NCBI RefSeq assembly: GCF_024521635.1
Contig: NW_026250423.1
Span: 1-64,000, forward strand
DNA from: Tricharina praecox
Taxonomy: Eukaryota
DNA length: 64,000 nt
Reading direction: 5' to 3'
The position numbers were made by a program, and so were the translations under genes. The notes under the pieces are model-generated. The model saw nothing but the letters and a program-made list of their open reading frames with translations, did no database searches and was not told where the DNA came from. Within the stretch, counting starts at the first letter, position 1. Each line of letters opens with the position of its first letter. Positions 11,520 to 24,012 of the stretch are shown one piece after another.

Positions 11520-12736
11520 GATGACAGAGGGTATCGCGGGTCCGAAGAGGCTAGAATTAAGAGGTTGTAGAGGATGGAAGCGACTTGTAAAGGACGGAAG
11601 TAACTTTTTGGCAAAATTATGCTCTGCAGTTGACGCGCTGTGCAAACCGAGTCCCGCCGGTATTCAAGAGACAACAAGTAGCTAGGCAGAAAAGTAAGAA
11701 GTAGAGAACAGAGAGCGAAAACGAGGTCAAGCTAGATTCGAGTCAGGAGCAATGGATCATTATTCGAATTGCAGAAGGTGAGGTAAGTATCGATTGGGAG
11801 GTGGTTTTTGTGGTGTTGGTATTGGTGGTGGTGGTGGTGATGGTGGTGGTTGTGGCGGTGGAAGTGAGTGTTTTGGATTAGAGGTAGAAGAATGGAGGGA
11901 TGGGGGTTGGTTGGAGAGAAGCAGAGTAGCAGCAGCTTTTAGTGCAAGTAGCACAAGCAGAACCCGAGCTGCCAAGCCAATGAGATGAAGAGGAACTTGA
12001 AGGCGAAGCGAAGACATCCCGATAGATTAATTACTTAGGACTTACTTAAGCACTGCTTGGATACTTGCACAGTATTCCGTCGCAAAGGAGCATGTTTTGT
12101 TCGCTCCTTCCATGGTCACCACAGAATGAGGATCCTCATCGCGCTTTGGCGCTTTCTGTCCACGGGATTACAGCGCTCTGTTGGTTAAAGTTACTCTATG
12201 GTCACCCGACGGAGAATTAGAGATCTGGTGACACTAAGGTGGGATGATGATTCATGATGCAAATCCTAGCATTACGAAATAAAGACGCTTTATGCTAACA
12301 ACTCCTTTCGCGACGGGTGGTTGATTGGCCATGTCAGAATCGCAAGTCCAGGGCGATATCTCAAGATACGAGTCCATGATCCAACAAGCCTGAGCTCTTT
12401 ACTCTATGTAGAGTACGTACTCTTGAGCTTTGTGTGATGCAGAATTGAGTTTCCCCCGGTTGAAAGGCTTTTCCGAGATAAGCTTGACTGTTTCTTCTTT
12501 TTCGTTTCATCATACTCGTAACAAGACAAGCTTGGTCTCGCGAAGGTTGGCATGTGGATCAGTCAGTTTGCCGAGTGAGCTTCAAAGAACTGGCTGCCGA
12601 CCTCTCACGTGCAGTCGATCAGCCGCCAGTGAACGCGCCAGGTACCCACCAGGGTTCGCGTATCCCGTACCCATCGATATTCACGACGACCCCACAAGCT
12701 CGCATCACCTCCCGACATCACTCCATCACAACCACC

Positions 12737-14292
12737 ATGTCGGTTCCCGGCCTTCTCCCAGGTCTGCAGCAACACTCCGAGGTCGCCGTAAGTATGTTGA
12801 CCGTCTCCATCCGCTCCGACATCTGACAGATCCTCGATAGGAACCGCCGACCGAGACCCAACACGAGCTCCAAGCGAATCGCGAATGGCGCTTCGAAGTA
12901 TCTCCCGGTAGCAGCATCGATGTTAAGCTCCTCCGCGGCACCGCAGAGATCTTCGGAACTGAGCTACCTGTCGGCCACAAGTTCACATTCACCAGCATGA
13001 AGGCAGCGGTCTTCACTTGGAACGGATGTACCATCGAGGTTTCGGGCACGCCGAGCGTCGAGTACACGTCCGATGAGACTCCGATGAACGCTTATGCCAA
13101 TACGCACTTCGCGCTGGAGAGGGCCCGTGGTGCTGCGTCGGAGTCACCGGTAGCCCAGGGACCGAGGGTCATGATCATTGGGCCGCAGGATGCAGGCAAA
13201 ACTTCGCTACTGAAGATGTTGACGGGGTATGCAGTGCGGCAGGGTCGGAGGCCTGTGGTGGTCAATTTAGACCCCAAGGAGGGCATGCTCTCGCTTCCTG
13301 GCACGCTCACGGCAACGAGTTTCTCGACCATCATGGATGTCGAGGAAGGGTTCGGAACCAGTCCTACCAGTGGCCCCAGTCCAGTCCCCGCGAAGCTACC
13401 ACTGGTGTACTATTACGGTCTCGAGAACCCCGACGCCAACCAGAGGCTGTACAAATCCCTCGCATCGCGGCTGGCCCTCGCCGTGTCGTCGAAGCTCTCG
13501 GAGAACGACGCAAACCGCATCTCCGGATGCATCATCGACACCTCGGGGTTTATAGCGCAGGCCTCGGGCTACGACATGGTGCAGCATATTGTGGCGGAGT
13601 TCCAGGTGGATACGTTGCTGGTCCTTGGCTCGGAGCGCTTGTACAGCGATATGTGCAGACGCTTCCAGGATCGCCCCAGAAATCCGGTCGCCGTTGTCAA
13701 GCTGCAGAAGTCTGGTGGGTGTGTGGATCGTGAAGAGGCGTTCATGAAGCAGGCTAGGGAAACAGCCATCAGGGAGTACTTCTTCGGCGAGCCGAAGAGG
13801 ACCTTGTCACCGTACACCATGACTGTGGGACTGGACGACGTGAAAATCTGGCGCGTCGGGACCGGTATGTTTCCCCGTCATCAATCAGCATACCAATTTG
13901 ACTGACACGCACCCTACAGCGAGCACCCTGGGCGCTGAGCTCCTTCCAGCCGGCGAAGAGCTGAAGCAGCCATTATACACGCGCGTCGAAGCGTCAATAC
14001 TTATCCAGCACTCCGTGATGGCAGTTGTGCATGCCAACTTGGATGATCCAGAAGAGGTTCTGGCCGAGAGCACGGTGATGGGCTTCGTCTACGTGTACGT
14101 ATTCTCCACCACCACCACCACCACCACCACCACCACCACCCTGTCCACTACGCTGACTGATAATTCTCCAGTGCTTCGGTCGATGATCAGAAACGCTTTA
14201 TGAAGATCCTCGCTCCTGTCAGTGGACGGTTACCACCCAACCCGCTGATTGTATCCTCGTTCCCCGAGCCAACCTTTAGTCTGGTTGGATAG
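12737..14292 (+). CDS. CLP1: mRNA cleavage/polyadenylation factor Clp1 (polynucleotide 5'-kinase family); 4 exons
   Basis: EWRFEV...GTAEIFGTEL, FTWNGC.IEV.G, Walker A GPQDAGKTS, KLPLVYYYG, KSGGCVDR...IREYFFG. Confidence 0.95.
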
Positions 14293-14569
14293 AGGTACGG
14301 CTACAGCAAGCAGATCAGCCAATTCACTCATGAATAAACAGTGACTGTGAAACATCTATTGCCATTCATTATGTCCTTTAAGTTTATCGTGAAAACATGT
14401 ATGTAAGTATCTATATCCACAAACTCGCCGCCCACAGAACCACCACGACCGCCAAAGAGAAACAGTGGCGAGCAAACAAACAGCACCCATCTTGAACAAA
14501 CTCCAGTCAACAGCAACCAAACAAGTACATAAATCCAAACCAGATCTACACCATCCGCCTGCAGCTTTC

Positions 14570-15686
14570 TTACAAGAAGTACTCCACAATAACGCCCTTA
14601 TCCTGCTGCGCCGTCGCCGCGTCTCTATGCTCCGCATTTTCCGGCGCGGCCTCGAACACGTTGAAATACCGCTCTCCTGTATCACTAACCTCTAGGACAC
14701 TTGCCATGTTTCCACAGCGGTAGCAATAGTTTGGTGCAGACCACACGGTCGACAACCTATCGTCGTAGAGTACCTGGTACCCCTCTTGGCACAGCTGGTG
14801 CGCACGGAGGATGTGTGATTGCTTGTTGACCTCGAGGAACTTTTTGACAACCTGTGCACCGAAAGTGTAGCCCGCGCCTCGTGGGGACAGCGTAAACTCG
14901 TCGCGTTCGGGGTCAGGGTCGGACCAGACCAAGTCGGCCATCGGCCCTTCGTGTGGGATCTCGCGGAAGCGGTCGATTATCTTGATTTGGTCTATCGAGT
15001 GGATCGAAGGGGAGAGGCCTAGAGTGGGAGATAGCGGTCAGCTTTATGCTCGGACATGTCGTCTGTCTTTGTCGGACCATGTGTGCATGGGGATGGGATG
15101 GGGGCCGAGATCTCACCTCCGTGAACGCAGAAAATGTCGTCATTAATCACCACGCTCAGCGTGAGATAGTCGAACATGTCCGTAAAGTGGTGCCACACAT
15201 TGGCGTTCCCATATTTCCGACTACACTCCGTATAGAACCCGTAGCTTTGCGTCACACCTCTGCTCTCGTGGTTCCCCCGGATAAGATGCACACGCGACGG
15301 ATACCTCAACTTGAGGCAGACCAGCAGCGAAATCGTCTCGACCGAAAACAGGCCTCTATCGACGTAGTCGCCGAGGAAGAGATAGTTGGTGTCTGGACAG
15401 AACCCGCCAATCTTGAAGATCTCGAGCATGTCGAAGAACTGGCCGTGGATGTCGCCCACGACGGTGACGGGCGCGAGGATGTGCACCACGTTCGACTCGT
15501 ACATGAGTTGTTCCTTCAGTTTGTTGCATACTGCCTCGATCACCGATTCCGCGAGTAGCTCTTTCTTGTAGAGGCGCTCGATGCACTCGTCCAGGTCGAT
15601 GGATGCTAGGTGGCGGGGAGGAGCGTCAGCGCGTTCCGGGAGCGATGGCGGGGAAGAGGGGGGCTAATACTAGGTAGTCCGGGCAT
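14570..15686 (-). CDS. PPG1: PP2A-related Ser/Thr protein phosphatase catalytic subunit, Ppg1 type; 3 exons
   Basis: [27 protein letters not shown]-terminus; PPP motifs [34 protein letters not shown]-terminal EYFL. Confidence 0.88.
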
Positions 15687-16498
15687 TGTGTCACGGACTG
15701 CGGCGGCGGCGGGGGAGTGTGGAGGAGCGACGGAGGTGATGGAAGCTGGTGTATTGGTCTGTTCGAGAATGCGGGTATGGTGGATGGCTTCGGCAGTGGG
15801 CTAGGCGGCAGACGATGATGGAAGGCGTGTGACTGATTACGGAACGGCAGCGGCGGGAAAGAAGGGCGCGGATATGGCATCTGGAAGATCAGAAGCAGGC
15901 GCGGGAGTGGAACATTTGGAAGCGGGAAGGCGAATGTTTGGTTGGAAATGTGTTGAAGCTGGACGGAGGTCTGGAGAAGATGCGATGGTTCGGGCTGAAT
16001 TTCTATGTGCAACCACCGCGAGCAGGCACTCGGCAGGCACTCGGCAGGTACAAACGGAACACGACAACATAACTGTGCGCATCTACATGTATCACAGACC
16101 AGAGATGTCACGAAAATCGCAAACTAAGCTAAATATTTCTCCGCAGTTTTTGAGCTTAACCGGTGAGCTATGGGAAGGTAAAATCCTACACAGAGGATCA
16201 GGGTTGAATGGCGGAGCCGCGTGGAGTGAACAATACCGTATTTCCGCCGCGGTGTAAAAATAAGCGGTGGCATGGACGAGAGCACAATGGTAGGAGTCGT
16301 GGGAGCTGTTGAAGGCTCATGAGTAAGTCTTTACGTATTGGTAATCCAACATTCCTCACCAGCGGAGGTGAGGCACATACTTCTTGCATACAGTTGCAAA
16401 ATCCATCCCGAGCCCGCTTTCCAACCCAACATCTCAAACTCTTGACCAGCATTTCGCAGCCGAAATTTTCTACCACCGAAAATCAAAACATCATCGCC

Positions 16499-16843
16499 AT
16501 GCTTTGGATCCTAATCTTGCTCTTCGTGATCCCCTGCATCTGTCTTATCAGTCGGTTTACCACAGCTTCATCTTCATCATCTATGGGATCTGACAGCGTG
16601 ACTGACTACTTGCCAGTCTACTTTGCACTCTCATCGTGCCTTGGAGATGGCCTGAGAAGCACCCGTCCGTCGTTCGGAAGAACGTACTTCAACTCCGGAG
16701 CGGGCACTAGCGGTGGGGCATGGGAGAGCGTGGAAATGTATGGTCTAAGGAGGGAGGATGAAGATCTGGAGTCGGAGGAAGGTGATTGGGATGGGGAGGC
16801 GGAGGGACAAGAGTATGAAGGGGTGTTTCACCAGAGTCATTAG
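16499..16843 (+). CDS. Small hypothetical protein (114 aa) with N-terminal hydrophobic anchor or signal and acidic tail
   Basis: Good start context (atcgccATG). MLWILILLFVIPCICLISRF followed by a S/G-rich middle and GGAWESVEMYGLRREDEDLESEE. It fills an otherwise empty gap. Confidence 0.55.
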   Translation: MLWILILLFVIPCICLISRFTTASSSSSMGSDSVTDYLPVYFALSSCLGDGLRSTRPSFGRTYFNSGAGTSGGAWESVEMYGLRREDEDLESEEGDWDGEAEGQEYEGVFHQSH

Positions 16844-16977
16844 TGGATGGTGCCTATTTTGCGATATATCTGAATGGCAACTGAAGTAAGAAGATGTCAG
16901 GACTGGAGATGGCTGAAGACCTCTGGCACGTGAGCGGTTGAGGAGACGCGCCACTGCTGCTGCCGAAGCTCCTCTTT

Positions 16978-16992
16978 CAACCCTAACCCAAC
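16978..16992 (+). promoter_or_regulatory. Telomere-repeat-like box (CAACCCTAACCC) upstream of AP-3 beta
   Basis: Sequence caaccctaacccaac lies ~115 bp before the ATG at 17104. Function is inferred only. Confidence 0.25.
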
Positions 16993-17103
16993 GCGCCCTC
17001 GTGCGTCATTAATCGGGCCCAAGCAAGCCATCCCCGGCCAGCCATATCGCCTCAGCCCCGCAATTCTCCATAGCTTCGGCCCATCAACACCTATCGCCAG
17101 AAA

Positions 17104-19679
17104 ATGGAATCACTGTCCCGGATATCGGGCTTCCTCGAAACAGCTAGGGATCTCACTCTCGAAGCTGCACAGTCGGCCTCTGCTGCTGGAAGGACAGGAC
17201 GGCGGGATGGCGGTAAACACACGTCGTCGAGGGAGACAAGGAAGTTGTTGAACAGTCGGATGGATCGCGAAGTACTAGACGGTCTACGAAGGGTCATCAC
17301 TGTAAGGCTCCCGCACAGGCGCTTGGGTATGTGAATGGGATGCTGATAACACGCGCAGATGATGTCCCGCGGCACCGATTGTTCCGAGTTCTTCGCCGAC
17401 GTTGTCAAGAACGTGGCTTCGCCGACGCTCGAGATCAAGAAGATGGTCTACATATACCTCCTACGATATGCCGAATCCGAACCCGACCTAGCGCTATTAT
17501 CCATCAACACGATCCAGAAGGCGCTGAACGATCAAAACCAAGTCGTCCGAGCGATGGCGATCCGCGTGATGTCGGGGATTCGAGTACCGGTCATCTCTCA
17601 GATCGTGGCATTAGCTATCAAGAAGGGAGTGACGGACATGTCGGCGTACGTACGGAAATGCGCTGCCCTAGCGATTCCGAAATGCTACAAATTGGATCCA
17701 ACGACCATGCCGCAACTGGCGGACCATTTGGGGACACTACTCGGGGACAGGAGTTATTATGTGGTGGGTGCAGCGGTGGTGGCGGTTCTCGAGACGTGTC
17801 CGGACAGATACGATCTGATACACCCACATTACCGGAATCTGGTCAAGATGATGATAGATATGGATGAGTGGGGGCAGCTAGCTGTGCTGAGGCTGTTGAC
17901 GGGGTATGCGAGGAAGAGCTTTCCGATGGGAAGCAAGTCCGCAAAGAAGGAGAAGGCAAAGGCAAAGGCCAGCGGTGACAAAGAATTCTATTCGGATGAA
18001 GAAGGTGGGGGAAATCTCGCTCGTGGAATAGATACAGACTTGGAGTTATTCCTGCGAGCCTGTCCGCCTTTGTTACAGAGCCGGAATAGCGCGGTAAGGA
18101 AACAGAAGGCGTCCGAGTTTACCTGGGCTTGTCTTGCTGATAACAAACGACACAGGTTATCGTCGCCGTTGCGCGGGTATACCGACATCTTGCTCCTCCG
18201 GACTACCTCGTGAAACTTGCCGGCCCGTTGGTCAGTTTGCTGCGCGCCCAAGTCGACATTCAGCACATCGCACTGATCAGTATCGTTTCCGTCGCTCTCG
18301 AAAACCCTCAGCCATTTTCGCCGTTTGCAACTCATTTCCTCGTACAACATCTGGACCCTCCGCATATCTGGCGACTCAAACTGGAAGCGTTGACCCTCAT
18401 ATTTCCGTTCGTCAACACGTATACAAAGAACCTAATTCTCTCGGAGCTGGAATACTTCGCTCAGGGTTACGATAAGGAGCTAGTCAAGGAGGCCGTGCGA
18501 GCAATCGGAAGATGTGCGCAGAGCGAGACACGGAATGCTGCCCGATGCCTGCGTGTGCTTCTGAGACAAGTCGAGTCTTTGGATGGGACATTAGTTGCCG
18601 AGTCACTGACAGTGATCCGCCACATCATCCAGCAGAATCCAGCTGCCCACTCGAAGACTGTCATTCGCTTGGCGCGGGCGCTCGACACAGCAATAAACCC
18701 GACGGCCCGGGCGAGCATAATATGGCTCGTGGGTGAGTTTTCCGGCATGGATGACGGCAATAACGTTGCGGCGGACACGCTACGGATACTTGCGAAAAAC
18801 TTCCCGTCCGAGTCCGACCAAGCAAAACAGCAGATTGTCCTCCTGGCCGCCAAGGTGTACGCACACCATCTCAATCGGACTCAACCTTCCGCGCCTTCCC
18901 CCCCTCAACAGTCGAGCGACAGCGACGTCGGTGACGAGTATGGCGATGAAGCACAGAAGCATCCCATCGCATTGCTTTTTTCATATATTCTACTATTGGC
19001 ACGATATGACATGTCCTATGATCTGCGAGACCGAGCACGACTTTACAAGTCACTACTGGCGATATCATCATCCACGCAACTAGCAACACTCCTACTTCTC
19101 GCACCAAAGCCAACACCGCAGGCACCGAGTCCGTCGACGGGGCGCGAAGACCTCACCATTGGCTCAGCTGCGATGGTGCTAGGAAAAGAGGAAAGCATCC
19201 GGGGCTACGAAGCACTCCCTGAGTGGATCAGTGTCAGTCGGGCGCCAAGTCCTTCGTTGCGAGAGCCGCCACCGGCGACGGAGGGCACGATAACGAAGGG
19301 AGCGCTTAGTGCTGCGATGGCTATCGGGTCCAAGGGATCTGGCCGATCTGGTAGTCCAGCATTCGGTGGGGGCTCGGCATTCGGCAGCCCTGTAGTGGGG
19401 AGCCCGAGGTTTTCACAGCTCGAGGATAAAGACCATGGAGTGACGGCTCCAAAGTCGAATGGCAAGGTAGAGACCAGCTTAGAGGACTTTTTGGCAAGCG
19501 ACGAATCGGAAGAGGAAGATGAGGAAAGCGAAGAGGAGGAGGAGAGCGAAGAGGAAGAGAGTGACGACGGTGAAGACGAGGGTGGTGAGGACGACGAGGA
19601 TGATAATGAAGAAGAAAGCTCGGAAGAGGAAGACGGCAAAGAAAGTGCGCAGCTACTCGGAGGAGGACGGGAAGCGTAG
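17104..19679 (+). CDS. APL6: AP-3 adaptor complex beta subunit; 3 exons
   Basis: MESLSRISGFLETARDLTLEAAQSA, FADVVKNVASPTLEIKKMVYIYLLRYAE.EPDLALLSINTIQK, DMDEWGQL, LARYDMSYDLRDRAR and an acidic tail. Confidence 0.93.
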
Positions 19680-20865
19680 AAGTGGGAATTTTTAGCTACC
19701 TCCCACTGATAGCAAAGAAAATATTGTACATACATACTCATCCTTATGTCTCGCATGCTCACGACACTCGGCGGAGACCGTGTACATATCTAGAGCACAT
19801 GCTCTACATAAGAATCAAGTCTCAGTCTGTGCGCACGTAGAGCGCCTACAATATGCCAACGACTTTTCTACGGCATGGTGAAAGATAGGTGCATGCATGA
19901 TTGAGGCCAAAAGTTCGCCTGAAGGCCGAAGATCTCTTGCGTTGTTGCTTGTATCCAGTAGCTAGATCCGCGCTGGAGGCCTGCGCCGGGTGCTGGGACA
20001 CCAAGTAAGCAGTGGCAAGCTGTGATGTGCAACATGTCTCGTCTCTCCGAGGCCGCCTGTCCACTCGGTAGCCATAGAATCTCGGTATCAATCAATCAAT
20101 TGCTATCTGTGACCATGTATGCCGGACCGATGCTTGCGGTTAGCATGAAGAGTGTGAGGACTCGGAATTCTTCACATACAAACACTGGTTGGTGGGCTCC
20201 TGCCGTGCCATGCGGGCTAGCACAACCCATGCCCACCGCGCCGGAAAGCCTTACCCCTTGCAGCTCTACAAGTCCGTGATTGCTCGATTGTTGCTCGATT
20301 GCCTGCTGAGGGATCAATCGGATATCTCGTGTTGTGACAGCTGGGTACAAGCTAGCCAGGTACCGAACGAACGAGAGCCGAGCAGCTAACTTTGCCCAAC
20401 ACCGCCCGCCCCACCACTTTCCTCCCCCCTCCCCCTCCCCCCGCCGACCTCGAGGATAGCCCCTGAGGGAACCAATCCCGATCAAGTCCATGCCCACACT
20501 TCTATGTAGCATCATCATCTCCTTCGTTCCTTCTTATCCTCCTCTCGTGCGTTAAATACCCGGTGCCCCCATCTACCAATTCGTAAATCTCTCCATCATA
20601 TCTTTGTCCGTTCATCTATACCCAGCACTAAGCTTCACTCGAGTTCTCTGCATCTTTTTCTTCTTTTTTCTTCCTGTTACGAAGTCTTCAGCCGTGTAGG
20701 CACCTCGACCCTATTGAACACGAGTACTCTATCGATCTTAAGACTGACACGCCATTCCGAAGCTCCCTCACTAGCTTAAATAAGATTACCAGAGCTCTAT
20801 AATTTCAATCTCGACACCTAATCCTACTCAAGGCTTCACGAAAGATCGAATCGCACGCAGAAAAG

Positions 20866-22590
20866 ATGGATACGATACTCCCCACGTCGATTCCAGCCAG
20901 CATTTTTATGGACCATAGGTCGGGAGCCGTTACTCCCGCTGCCCAGCGATTGAGCAGGCCGCTGGATGCGATTGATGTACCGCACAAGAAGGTAGAGAAA
21001 ATCTGCTGCCTCGGCGCTGGCTATGTCGGTATGGGCTCTCACTCTCCTCTCTTCCGTTTGATGATCGGATGGCTTTTTGCACTTCGACCCGGGACTGCGC
21101 ACGGGATAGTTTGCTGACCTGTCGTTGTCCCTTCCAGGTGGTCCCACATGCGCTGTCATTGCCTTCAAGAACCCTCACATCCAAGTAACGATCGTGGATC
21201 TCAACGCGGCTAGAATCGCAGCCTGGAACTCAGATGTGCTTCCCATCTACGAGCCGGGTCTGGAGGACGTCGTCAAAGCCTGCCGCGGAAAGAACTTGTT
21301 CTTCTCCACCGATGTGGATCAGGGTATCATCGATGCGGATCTGATCTTTGTCTCGGTCAACACCCCCACCAAAACCAAGGGGATGGGTGCCGGATATGCC
21401 GCCGATCTGGGTTATGTTGAGAGTGCTACGAGACACATTGCGAGGGTTGCGCAGGGTGACAAGATTGTCGTCGAGAAGAGCACTGTTCCATGTAGGACTG
21501 CGCAGAGCATGCGCTTCATTGTATGTTCTTTCTTCCTCCTGGGGATGGGTATACCACGTTGGATGGTTTGCTGATTATCGTGCAGCTCGAAGCCAACTCT
21601 CGTCCTGGAATTCGATTCGATATCCTCTCCAACCCCGAGTTCCTCGCTGAAGGCACGGCCATCGCCGATCTGATGAACCCCGACCGTGTCCTGATCGGTT
21701 CGTTGAACACGGACGCTGGTCGATCCGCAGCCGCCTCGCTCGCAGATGTCTACGCCGGGTGGGTTCGCCGCGAGCAGATCATCACCATGAATCTGTGGTC
21801 GTCTGAGCTGTCGAAGCTCGCCGCAAACGCCATGTTGGCTCAGAGGATCTCGTCCATCAATGCTCTTTCAGCCATTTGCGAGGCTACCGGAGCCGATGTC
21901 GACGAGGTCGGCTACGCTTGCGGTCTCGACTCTCGAATCGGCCCCAAGTTCCTCAAGGCCAGTGTCGGCTTCGGTGGCAGCTGCTTCCAGAAGGACATTC
22001 TCAACCTGGTATACCTCAGTGAGAGCTTGCACCTCCCCGAGGTTGCCGCATACTGGCGCCAGGTCGTTGAAATGAACGAATACCAAAAGAAGCGCTTCCT
22101 GAACCGCATCATCTCCTGTCTCTTCAATACTCTCACCGGCAAGAAGGTGGCTATCCTCGGCTTTGCCTTCAAGAAGGACACCGGCGATACCCGCGAGTCT
22201 CCCGCCATCACCCTGTGCAAGTATCTCCGCGCCGAGCGTGCCAACGTCGCCATCTACGATCCCAAAGTCGCCGAATCCCAAATCTGGCTCGACCTCACCG
22301 AGCCCGGCGTCACCGATGATCTGGCGGATCTGCAGAAGCAGGTCTCGATCGCTGAGGATGCGTACTCTGCGTGTGCCGGCGCGGATGCGGTCGTCGTATG
22401 CACCGAGTGGGACGAGTTCAAATGTGCAAACCTCGACTACAAGCGTGTCTATGAGAGCATGAACAAACCTGCGTTCATCTTTGATGGTAGGTTGATTTTG
22501 GATCAGAAGCAGCTGGAGCAGATTGGTTTCCATGTCGAGACTATTGGCCGCCCGAGGAGTAACTTTACTACACCTAAGGATTGGGAGTAA
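20866..22590 (+). CDS. UDP-glucose 6-dehydrogenase; 3 exons
   Basis: [14 protein letters not shown] Rossmann motif, [18 protein letters not shown], catalytic [16 protein letters not shown]. Confidence 0.96.
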
Positions 22591-22964
22591 AGAATATACC
22601 TGGAGCTGTCTCTTCTCTTTTCTTTGGTCTTTGCGTTTTTGTCACGGTTGTCTGGGTGGGTACTTATGTGTGGAGTTATGCATTTGCGGTAATGGTGATA
22701 GATGGATATCTAGGTGGGGTGGATGATAGATGGATTTTTGGGAGGGAGGAAGGCTGGATGAATTGGTTAGCTCCTGTGCTGGTTGAGCTGTGGGTTATAG
22801 GAGGATCGGAGGCAGTGTGTTTGTCTGTTTGTATGTTCAGCAATTGGTGATTCCATCGCGTTACATCTACATCGTCATAATTGATTTCGGTTGCAATAGC
22901 TCACTGAAGCTTGTGGTGTTCCGCTCCCTACCTCTCGCCCAACCCTCGAGTCAATCCCCCCACC

Positions 22965-23705
22965 ATGTCCACAACACCCCACCTCACAAAGCGAATCCTC
23001 ATAACCGGCGCCTCGCGGGGCATCGGCCTAAGCATTGCGCAACGGTTCGCATCGCTCGGCGCATCCATCATCCTGCTCTCGCGCACCACCTCGCAGCTCA
23101 CCGCCGCGCTCGCCACGCTCCCCGCGCACCCCACCCAGCCGCACACGACAATCACGGGCTCCGTCAGCTCCGTCGAGCTGTGGGAAACGATCCGGCGCTC
23201 ACACAAGGACATCGACGTGCTGATCAACGCGGCGGGCGTCTCGTGCAACGCGCTGCTGGTGCGCACGTCGCAGTCCGCCATCGCCGCAACGCTGGAGACG
23301 AACCTGCTCGGAAGCATCTATGCCAGCCGCGCGATCGGGCGGAACATGCTCGTACGCAAGGCCGGTTGCATCGTTAATATCGGCAGCGTGCTGGGCCTGC
23401 ATAGACATATCGCCGGCAGCAGTGTTTACGCTGCGTCGAAGGCGGGTGTGGTCGGGTTCTCGAGGGCGTTGGCGGTAGAGATGGGGCCAGGCGGCGTCAG
23501 GGTCAATGTCATCACCCCGGGGTATGTGGAGACCGATATGACCACTGGGATGACGGGGGCGGCGAGGGAGGCGGCGCTGGGGGCTACGCCGGCTGGCAGG
23601 TTTGGTGTGCCCGAGGAGGTGGCGGATGCGGTGGTGTTTTTGGTCGGGAATGGATACATGAATGGCGCAGAGATTGTGGTTGATGGTGGGCTTGGGTGCA
23701 CATGA
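22965..23705 (+). CDS. Short-chain dehydrogenase, 3-oxoacyl-ACP reductase (FabG/CBR4/Oar1-like); intronless
   Basis: TGASRGIG, INAAG, catalytic YAASK, VNVITPGYVETDMT, VVDGG. Confidence 0.88.
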   Translation: MSTTPHLTKRILITGASRGIGLSIAQRFASLGASIILLSRTTSQLTAALATLPAHPTQPHTTITGSVSSVELWETIRRSHKDIDVLINAAGVSCNALLVRTSQSAIAATLETNLLGSIYASRAIGRNMLVRKAGCIVNIGSVLGLHRHIAGSSVYAASKAGVVGFSRALAVEMGPGGVRVNVITPGYVETDMTTGMTGAAREAALGATPAGRFGVPEEVADAVVFLVGNGYMNGAEIVVDGGLGCT

Positions 23706-24012
23706 TGACGGTGAAGGTAGGCTCGCGGTTGTGTATATATGGTCCTCCCACTACGTCGGCAGACAGACACGGAGATGGAAAGGCACTTGGACAGATAGGG
23801 AGACGGGAACCAGCAGAAAGACAGACACCCGGTGTAAATGGTAAGGACATGACGAAACCCAGAAGCAGTTGCACTCCAGCCCACAATTTATGAATACCAA
23901 ACAGAAAGAGAGGAAGATACAAGTGAAGGAAGGAACCTAAGTAATACAAGTCAACAAGCGCAAAGAAAAATAAGAAACTATGGTAGCAGTATGGTGTATT
24001 GACGGTGTTCGT

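Noticed and set aside
12244..12393. TGATGA...CTGA as a box C/D snoRNA
   Set aside because: No terminal stem or recognisable rRNA guide, and such short boxes occur often by chance.
21868..22533. 221-aa minus-strand ORF
   Set aside because: Antisense to the strongly codon-biased UDP-glucose dehydrogenase gene; a typical shadow ORF.
20866..23705. UDP-glucose dehydrogenase plus SDR as a biosynthetic cluster
   Set aside because: No synthase, transferase, transporter or regulator nearby, and both have ordinary primary-metabolism roles.
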